Shown in pieces: positions 11,290-20,000 of a stretch of 20,000 bases of DNA; position 1 is the stretch's first letter; the number at the start of each line of letters is the position of its first letter. The DNA is from Microthyrium microscopicum (Eukaryota). Made by a program: the position numbers and the translations under genes. A model generated the notes under the pieces. It had not been told where the DNA came from, searched no databases, and saw only the letters and a program-made list of their open reading frames with translations. The stretch is taken from positions 3,574,583 to 3,594,582 of the forward strand of contig MU004231.1 of assembly GCA_010405405.1 (NCBI GenBank). The letters are read 5' to 3'.

Positions 11290-12970
11290 TATAATAGTAT
11301 AACTTTTAACTAGACGTAAGCAATAGCTAGCACTATAGAGATAGATAAAGATTTATAGTAGATAGCTATTATTACTATAGAGGCTACTTACATTAAAAAT
11401 AAGGCAATATAGAAACGAAAAGATAACCTAAAACTACTACTTATAAGAGTATAGAGAGAAATTAAAGTACTATTAGGAAGACTTATATCTAAAGAAGAGA
11501 ATCTAATATAACTATTCCTTAACTAGCTAATAGCTAATTTTATATAATATTATACATTCTTTGTTATAATATAAGACTATATTAAATAACTAGTATTCTA
11601 CCTAGCTCTAACTATAAATAAGGCCCCTTTACTAACGCGCTTTAAGGCGCATCTTAACTAAAAACTTAATATAATTATAAAGTAGATTACTAAGATTAAA
11701 ATAACTCCTAACTCCTAAGTAAAAGTTATAAAAGGACCTAACCTACTAATCCCTAACTAAAGAGCCTCCTTTATAAGCCTAATAGTCTAAATTAATATTA
11801 TAAAAGTAGTTAAAAATATATTAAAGGAAGATAAGTAAAATAGAGTAAAGTTATTTAAAAAGATTAAAGAAATTATTCTATAGATAATAGCTATTAAGCT
11901 ACTACCTAGCAAGAATATTAATATTATAATTAATACATAATTAGATAAAGACTATATCTAAAATAGGCTACGCTAAGTAGGCTTAGATAAGGTTTAAGTC
12001 TTATAATAAGACTATTTAGTAGAGATCTTAAGGGCTCTACTTAAATTAAACGTAGCCTATAGTAAGAATATAAATAATAACAAACTAATTAAAGAACTAG
12101 TTAATAGAAATAAGATAAAGTTTAAATACTTAAAGATAAGAGTAGTTTAATAGCTTTATAGAAGTATAGAGTATAAATAAATAAAAAAAGAACTAGAAAA
12201 GCATAAAAAAATACGTACTAAGGGATTACTTATATTATACTACCTAATAATAGTAATAAAAGATAAGGTTATCTAGAAAAAGTTTATTATTAGAGTAAAG
12301 GAGCTCTTTACTAGATTATATAACCTAAAATATATTACTAAATAATACTTCTATTATTAAGTCTAGAGCTATATATAAATAGCTTATACTTAATATAAAC
12401 TAAACTATAGCAAATATATAAGTAATTATAATACTAGGGACTATACTAAGATAAGCTTAGTCTAGTACTCTAATTATAAAAATAATAAGAAAGAAAGTAG
12501 GAGAGAGAAAGAGTAAGGCTAAGGATATTATATATAGTAAAAGAATATATATAAAGTATACTAAACCTACTTTAAGAATATAAAAGAATTTTAGGTAGTA
12601 AATAAAAGATATATAGAATAGATAAAAGCTATAATACCTATCTAAATTATACTAATCTAGCTTATAGATAATAATAAATATACTATAGTAAATAGTATAA
12701 AGAAAAGAAAAATAAGAACTAAGAACCTTAGAAGACTATTAGTATTATAAAAAGTAAAGAATAAGATATATAATAATCTAGTCTAGGGTACTTAGAGATT
12801 AATTATAAGTATATTTAACTTTAATAGAGGTAATAATAGCTTATAAATTATAAGAAATAGCGCCTTAAAAGACTAATAAAGAAATAACTATAAGAAAGTA
12901 AGATAAGCTATAAATAACCCTAGGCTAACCTCTAATAATAAAATAAGTAGAATCTAAATAATAAACTTAA
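11290..12970 (+). pseudogene. LINE ORF1 (gag-like) relic; start approximate
   Basis: De-RIP: AIK.LPSGDI (~11890-11920), QCF.CQ.WGH....C (12343-12387), CGKC...H.TRDC (~12406-12444), CSNC...H.AW....C (~12466-12552), all in one frame. Confidence 0.82.
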
Positions 12971-15900
12971 ATAAATAGTATTAATATTATATAATATAAC
13001 TATAAAAGATTAAATAAAAGAAAAGTAAAGCTATTCTTTAATTTACTAGATAATACTAAGTAACTAATTATAGTAGTTTAAGACTCTAGAAGAATTATAA
13101 AGTTAGGGGAAATATACTACCCTCCTAGCTATACTCTAATATATAACTAAGATAATTAATTAAAAGTATACTTTATAATAAGTAAGGTACTTAATATAAG
13201 GAACTAGTAAGTAAAATATTATAATTAATTTGTCTTAATACTATGCCTTTAGTATAAGTATATAATATTAATAATTATTAATATATATAGTAAAGGCTTA
13301 GTAATAAGTAATTATAACTATATTACTAAACGCCTAATACTAATAAAGATAATTAATAAGGCAAAAGAAGAGATCTTATTAGTAGAAGACTTTAACTATT
13401 ATTACTATTAATAAAAAGGCATAGTATTAGCTACTAAACCCTAAGTAAATATTTTACTTTATAATATAATTTAATAAAGACTTTACCTAGATATACTAAA
13501 AAGAGAGCTAATTTATAGATTGCATAAGGAAAAGAAAGTAGGAGTAGTAAAAATAGTAATTAACCTTATATTTATATCTTAATTTCTTTAAGAAAGACTA
13601 AAGTTCTATAACCTAGTTAATACCTAGGTATTAATAGAAGATTATATCCTAGTACTAATTTAGCTTACTCTAAAATAAGAGAAGTATATACTAAAAGTAT
13701 AGTATAATATATAAAAACTAGATATAAAATAATTTATTAAATATATAAATAATAGCTTATAAGATACTAAAAATATACTAATAGAGGCTCTATATAGAGT
13801 AATAATAGAAGTACTAGAGATTTACTACCTAAAAGTAAAACTCTTAAAGTAAGCTTTATATAGGTAGTTACCTATAACTACTCTACTAATATAGAGAAAG
13901 CACTATATAAGAAAAAGATACCTTTAGATAGAAAATAATTAGAATAAGTATATATATAAATTAGTTATAGCTTAGCTAAGAAAATCTCTACGCTAAGATA
14001 AAGTAATATCCTAGCGAACCTTTATAAGAAAGATTATAAAAAATTATAAGCACTATAAGAACTAAGGCTTATAGAGAATAAGTAAGTAAATAAAAGCTAA
14101 AGTAGGTAAACTAAAGGAAGACTTATACCTACTAATACTTAGATAGATAACTAGTAATAACTATACTTATAATAACTAAGGTAAGGTAAATATACTATCT
14201 ATAAAGTTCTTTTCTTAAACTAGGGTAGCAAACCTAAGTAATATAAAAGATACTATTCTACTCTTAAAACTAGAAATAGACTATAAGATAATAGTAAAAG
14301 AAATAAATTACGTAATTAGTAGCCTCTTAAATTATAAGGTAATAGGACCTATTAATATACTAAATAAAGTCCTAAAGGCTCTTAGGCTTAAGGCGTAGCC
14401 TAAAAAGAAGAATAATAATCTAAAACTAACAAAATTTAGTAAAAGACTAGTACCTATAATTAGTAAAATACTAATAAGTAATATAATCTTAGAATGCTTA
14501 AAGTAATTCTATATACTAGTACTAAAAAAGCTAAGTAAGAAAGACTACTTACTACTATTAGCCTATTAGCTAATTACTCTTAAGAATACTATAGTAAAGT
14601 TAGTTAAAAAGATTATTACTAATAGACTTACCTAACTTATAAAAGATAATAATCTACTACCCTAGAACTAAATAAAGGCTAGAGCAGAATAATTAACGCT
14701 AATAGTAATATAGCTCTTAAAGAGTACTATTAAGGTAGCATAGAAAGAAAATATAAAAGCTATAGTATTAGTACTTAGTCTTAACTTTTAAGAAGTATAT
14801 AATAATATTAATCTAAAGAGACTTCTTTATATCTTAGAGATAAAGAAAGTCCCCTAGTAGCTAATTAATATAGTAATAAGCTTTACTACTAATTATATAA
14901 CCTAAATTATATTTGCTAGGCACTAGAGCCTAGTAATAATAACTAATATAAGAATTCTCTAAGGATCTTTTTTCTTACTTATCCTCTTCCTCTTTTTTAT
15001 ATTAGAACTACTAAAATACTTCTAAGACATAAGTAATAATATCTTTAGATTTAGATTTATAGATAATACTATATTAGTTATATAAGATAATACTACTTAA
15101 AAAAACTATATAAGATTAAAAGAAGCTTACTAGAAGTATACTAACTAGGTAAATAGATATAGTATAAAGTTTACTCTTAATAAGTACTAAGTAATATACT
15201 TTACTTAGAATATTTACTACCTAGAAGTAGACTTATAATCTATAGTAATAGTAAATAGTATATTTACTAAGCTTATATTAAAGAGTATTAGAGTACTAGG
15301 TATATAAGTAAATAGAAGAATAAATTAGAAAGACTATATTAAAAAGACTAGAACTAAAGGATTTAAGCAAGTAGTAGTACTTTTAAGAATAGTATAGTTA
15401 AGATAAAGACTAGTTTTTAAAAAGATAAAGCTTCTTTATATAGTAGTTATTAGGCTAACCCTTATATATAGAGTATAAATATAGAGTCTAGAATTACTAT
15501 TCCTTAAGATACTAAAAGATTATTATAAACTACTAGTAATAGTTTAGAATGATATACTCTATAAGATAATAAGAAAATACTAAAGAACTTCTATTACTTT
15601 ATTAAATAAAGAAATAAGAGTTAAACTACTCTAGATAAACGCTATAGTTTTAGTAGAGAAATATACTAATAAGAATAAAGACTTAATAGTAATATAAAAG
15701 ATAAGCAAAATTATTACTAAAGTATACTAAGTAAACCTTCTAAGAAACTAGAGAATATTTCCTTAGTAGTAATAACTAAGAAGCTTAGTAATACTTAAAC
15801 TAGTATAGATATACGTAATTAAGATTATAGCTTAAGGAGTTAATATACTAAAGTAATAAAAGAAGAAATTAGAGATAAAGTAGAAGTAAGATACTAACTA

Positions 15901-16460
15901 TAAGTAAGTAATATAACTAATAAATAGCATACTATAAAAGAAAAAGAAAATAAAAACTAAACTAGAGTTAAAGATATCCCTAATTAGAGTATATTACTAT
16001 AAGCTCTAGATAAATACTTAAGTATAGCTTATAAGGACGTAGTAGCATACTACTATAGTATAGAGAATATTATAAAGTAACTAACTAATTAAGCTTTATA
16101 ATAGTCTTAATAAAGTATAAGTAATAGTGCTCTTCTTTATATAATTAAAAGTTATTAGACTTAATAATTAGCTATATAGCGTATAGGTACTAATAGTCTC
16201 CCTACTATAATACCTATATAGTTACTAGTAATAAATAGTTTACTATATATTACTAAACTACTTATAATATTATAAAGAAAGATTACTAAAATAAGTAATA
16301 ATACTAAATAAGGCCTATATACTCTCTAATCTAAAGAATACTTAAGTAGCAGCTAGATAGCTACTAAAAAGTAAAGCTCTTTAGTAATTTAGGCTAACTA
16401 AAAAGATTATAGAAATAAACCTTAAAGTACGTAGAGAATTACTAAGACTTAAAGATTCTA
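12971..16460 (+). pseudogene. LINE ORF2 (APE endonuclease, reverse transcriptase, C-terminal CCHC finger) relic; end approximate
   Basis: De-RIP motifs: I.QYNC..SN (12980-13015), IAVQ, LL.GDFN.HH..W (13376-13420), IDL.F, KA.GP..IPN..LK (~14337), VLKKPGK.DY..P.AYRPIAL.NT..K (~14520-14600), LLPWNQMGAR, LSLD...AYDN, GIPQGS..SPILFLF (14951-15000), FVDD (15056-15067), KFAPDKY, R.LG..D, CPCG...QTV.H.LL.C (16211-16261), ARW....G.L.QF.LA (~16350-16400). The motifs I checked share one frame. Confidence 0.93.
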
Positions 16461-16559
16461 TAAATAACTAACTATAATACTATAGTACTAATAGGCTAGT
16501 AATATATAATTATAAAGGAAATAACTAAGTCTAGGAACGTAATTAATTTTATTCTATAT

Positions 16560-17440
16560 CTATCTACTACTTTTTATTAAATAATAATACTACTCTACTT
16601 AATAATTAAGATATCTTTACTAATAAATTTATCTTTATGCTTTAAGCATAAAGCTCTAGCAAGATAGCTTATAAGTAAGCTAAATTAATAGCTAGTATAG
16701 CTATATTAACCTTTAGCTTCTTCTTCTTCTACTATACTAGTAAGGCTATAGTAGAAGTAAACTAAGCCCTATAGCTAGTAAACTTACTTACTAAACTCTC
16801 TATAACCTTTACTTACTTAGTAGCTTTCTTATTTATACTTAATAATATATACTTTTTAACGCTTTAATAAGAGTTAACTAGGTTAGCTATTACCTTATTA
16901 AAGGCACGTTAAAGGCGCTTACTTTACTCTTTTAACTTTACTAGTATTTTACTATAATATTAGAAAAGGCAAAAGATTAAAAGCAAAGATATACTTATAG
17001 CCTTATATTTAGAATATTACTCTTTATAATAAGAGTAAGGATGCTAGCTAGGGCTAGCTTAACTATAAATATAAGTAATTACTATAGTAAGCACGTTAGA
17101 ACTAACTAGGTACTTACTATTAAGTAACTCTATATAATAGTATAATACTTAAAGATAGTATAAATAAATTCTTATACTAAGGGTATATATAATTTATATT
17201 ATAATAGTTAATACTATATATAAAAAAATACTAAAAGACTTATAATAGGAGTTAAGATAGAATTAACTAATTTTATATCTAAGGATAAAGCAGTATTTTT
17301 AATATTTATAAATAAAGTAGTTTTTACTTTCTTTAGAGATAATAGAAGGAGGGTACCTATAGGTATAGAATATTTACTAAGTACCTAAAAATATAAAGAA
17401 GAGAAGAAAAGAAAGCCTATAGAGAACTTACTCTTAGAAG
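16560..17440 (-). pseudogene. Putative antisense intron-containing cargo gene (Cys6-like motif plus coiled coil) in the 3' region of the LINE insertion
   Basis: Minus-strand intron-like units at 17431-17385 (GTAAGT, polypyrimidine, TAG), 17117-17082 (GTAAGT..CTAAC..TAG) and 16998-~16950 (RIPed ATAAGT, polypyrimidine, CTAAT, TAG). TAY codons spaced Cx2C-x16-C-x11-Cx2C-x6-C, then a ~125-codon A/E/K/Q/L-rich exon. Confidence 0.55.
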
Positions 17441-18337
17441 AGAAATTAAGAAAAGTAAGAGGTATAATAAAAACTTAGAGAAAAAAAAGTAACTAAAACT
17501 ACGTAGATTTAAAATACTTTATACTCTAAAAGTAGACTATATAAACTATTAGAAACTTAGAAGTAGCTATTTAGTAGCCTATTATATAGTATTAAAGAGC
17601 GTAGATTAATAGAAAAAACTTAGCTAAAAGGTATTATAAATACCTTACTTAATAGGTATTAAAAGAGAGGGCTTAATATAGTTAAGAGCTATAGCAATAC
17701 TAAAGCCTATTAAGAGTAAAAATTAATTATAAAAACTTAGAAATACGTATTATATACGCTTATTATAAAACTATATAGAAAGTTAACTATATAAGGATAA
17801 TAGCTATAAGCCCTTAAAAAGAGAAAGATTAATAGAAACTTATTAAACTATAATAGTAAAACTTAATAATAAGGTAATACTAAATAGAAATAGGCGCTAA
17901 GAAGCTAGATCTAACCTATTCTAAGAGACGCTATAGCCTTAAGTAATTAAGTAATAAATAAGTCTTAAAAGGAAAACTAGTAATAGGAATAGTATTAAGG
18001 ATTAAGATCTTAGCGCGTAGTATAAGATCTATATAATATATAATATACTTAAGCTATATAAGGCCCTTAGTAGTTAGTAACTACTAGTTACTTACTATAT
18101 TAACCTACTAACTAGAATTCTTTTAGTAGGCTTATAGTTTATAAAGAGATAATATAAGTCCTTTTATTTAGAAGTAGTAAACTAAGAGGGTATTATAATA
18201 ATAATAGAACAAGGCTACTAGAAGGTAACTAAAGGAATACTATAAGTTTCCTTATAGGGGTTTTTCTAAAAGTAAGAGTAGCGTCTACATAGCCTATTAG
18301 CGTAGCTAAAAGATAATAAATAAGATTTATTTATTAT

Positions 18338-18350
18338 TAATATTAGTATA
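18338..18350 (+). repeat. Right copy of 13-bp target-site duplication TAATATTAGTATA
   Basis: Identical to 11195-11207; the DUF6589-type reading resumes right after it. Confidence 0.85.
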
Positions 18351-19450
18351 TAGGAATAAAGCTATAGAAAGTATAATAATACTTAAACCTATTAGGTTAT
18401 TTCTATCTTAATATAAGAATTTAGTAGTAGAGTCTTAATATTATTTTTATAAAGTTTAGACTAGAAAGGTTACTATCCTAGATATATTAATAATTTATTC
18501 TTTACTATTCTAGAACTACTTAAATTTTATATTAATAAGTTATCTATAGAATAGTTTAATAAGATTATTAAAGATATCTATTAAATAGCCTTTATAAGAA
18601 AAGCATAGAATAGGTATCTAAATAAAAGTAATAATATTAAGTTCTAAACTATATACTAGTACTTATAAGAGATTAAGTTACTCTTAACTATATAATATAC
18701 CCTTTAATATAGTAATATTAGACTTTTATACTTCTTAGTTAATTCTTTAACTATTTACTTTTATAGTACTAGTTAGAATAACTATAGAGATAAGATACTA
18801 TAGCTTAGATAGAACTTATTTAATATAAATACTCCTAAACTTTAAAGATTTATTCTAGCCTTAAGCTTAGTTAACTAAAAAGGCTATAAAAACTTTTTTA
18901 AGCCTATAGATCTAAGACTAGAGTATTTAAATAGTAACTATAGTAAAGATATAAAGTTATTTAGTAACTTAACTTATAACGTTAAAGTAATATTTAATAG
19001 AGTCTATCTTTATAATATATATATATATTATTTATAAGACATATTTATATATATATTTATATATAAAGCTAGTAATAAGTATACTAACGCTAGTATAAAG
19101 TATAATATATTCTTATTATACTAGAATTTAATTAAAGATAGCCTTATAAAGTCTTAACCCTAGTTAGTAATTAAGAACTATAGCCTATATTATAACTTAC
19201 TAGATATAAAGAGAATAGGACTTAATAAGCTTAATATTAAAGCTAAGTCTTTTAATTATAAAACTACTATTAGGCAAGATTATATAGAGAATAATATTAT
19301 AACTAGGCTTATTAATATTCTTAACTAAGACATTAATAGTAATAACTTAGATATATAAGAAGAGGTTATAATAGAGAAGACTATAAGTAATATATTATTT
19401 AATAAAGATAATTCTAGCGCATTTAAAGCTATAGAAGTTAATTTATAAAT
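18351..19450 (+). pseudogene. RIP-inactivated DUF6589-type gene, 3' part; end approximate
   Basis: De-RIP: W.R....QGF..RVL, D.EF....YLQE...L....AL..GDIGLL (~18630-18730), YFHG.GQ.NYG.EML (~18755-18800), PELQRFILASSLVN.KG....FKP.DL.LEHLN (~18835-18935), NSTHDV...FDRVCL, S.KHT, then an acidic tail. Confidence 0.8.
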
Positions 19451-20000
19451 ATATATTTATTTAAGGTTTCTACTTTAGTTATAATTTATATAAGGTTAAA
19501 ATTATAGTAGGATATAATAGGATCTTATCTATTATAATATAATCTAATTAATATTAGAAAATATTAGATAATATAAGATAATATTAGCTAATAGGATTAC
19601 GCTATTTAATTTAGCTTTACTAATAAATACTTTCTTATTTCTATAATAGGATTATTTTAATAGATAACTCTAAGCACGTCCTAGATATAGAATAGTATAT
19701 TAACCTTTATTATATATTAAATATAGAGGAGTTTAAAGTTATTATAATCTCCTATTTAAGTATTAGTTATATCTATTTATTAATTTAGACTCATTCTAGG
19801 TTAGCTTAAAGTATAGAGATAAAAGTAATTTTATACTACTAGGCAAACTACTATTATCTATATTAATAGTTTAAATTATTATCTTAGCCTTACTTATTAT
19901 AATATAGGATTCTCTATAAGCCTATAAGGTAATATATAGAATAATAAATAATTATATTTTATTTCGTATTAGTTCTATAATATTTTAAGTTTTATCTAAG

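Larger units (their letters stand above)
11208..18337 (+). mobile_element. Apparently full-length Tad-clade non-LTR retrotransposon (LINE) insertion, RIP-inactivated, 7130 bp including a ~1.8-kb 3' extension
   Basis: gag with three Cys/His knuckles, APE-RT-CCHC pol, AATAAA (18315-18320) followed by an ATTT/TTA-type tail, flanked by the 13-bp direct repeat. Confidence 0.88.
8750..20000. other. AT-rich RIP-mutated repeat block (probable heterochromatin)
   Basis: Abrupt GC drop, TpA excess, near absence of CpA/TpG, no ORF in the supplied track, and Gln/Trp codons of recognisable motifs converted to TAA/TAG. Confidence 0.97.

Noticed and set aside
16552..16570. TATC/TAC short repeats as the true LINE 3' end
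   Set aside because: No matching TSD found there and the target gene resumes only at 18351; kept only as the alternative 3'-transduction model.
8750..20000. Mitochondrial insertion (NUMT) or alternative genetic code as the cause of AT-richness and in-frame stops
   Set aside because: Dinucleotide pattern and transposon motifs fit RIP; no mitochondrial genes or tRNAs seen.

Overview
Filamentous ascomycete DNA in two sharply separated compartments. Bases 1 to ~8670 are GC-balanced and hold five intact genes: a G-protein gamma subunit, a 6-PGDH-like NAD-binding dehydrogenase, a PTH11-like 7TM protein, a SAM methyltransferase and mitochondrial QRI7. Bases ~8750-20000 are extremely AT/TpA-rich, almost lack CpA/TpG and have no ORFs, which is typical of heavy RIP mutation. 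Reversing RIP by eye shows a nested structure. A DUF6589-type, putative transposase gene (~8880-19450, +) lies next to a GC-rich hairpin at the compartment border. It is split by a 7.1-kb Tad-like LINE (11208-18337) flanked by an exact 13-bp target-site duplication. After gag and pol, the LINE insertion carries ~1.8 kb extra that looks like one or two antisense, intron-containing genes, one with a Cys6-like motif plus coiled coil. Protein readings in the RIP region are manual reconstructions and family names are from recall, not database searches.
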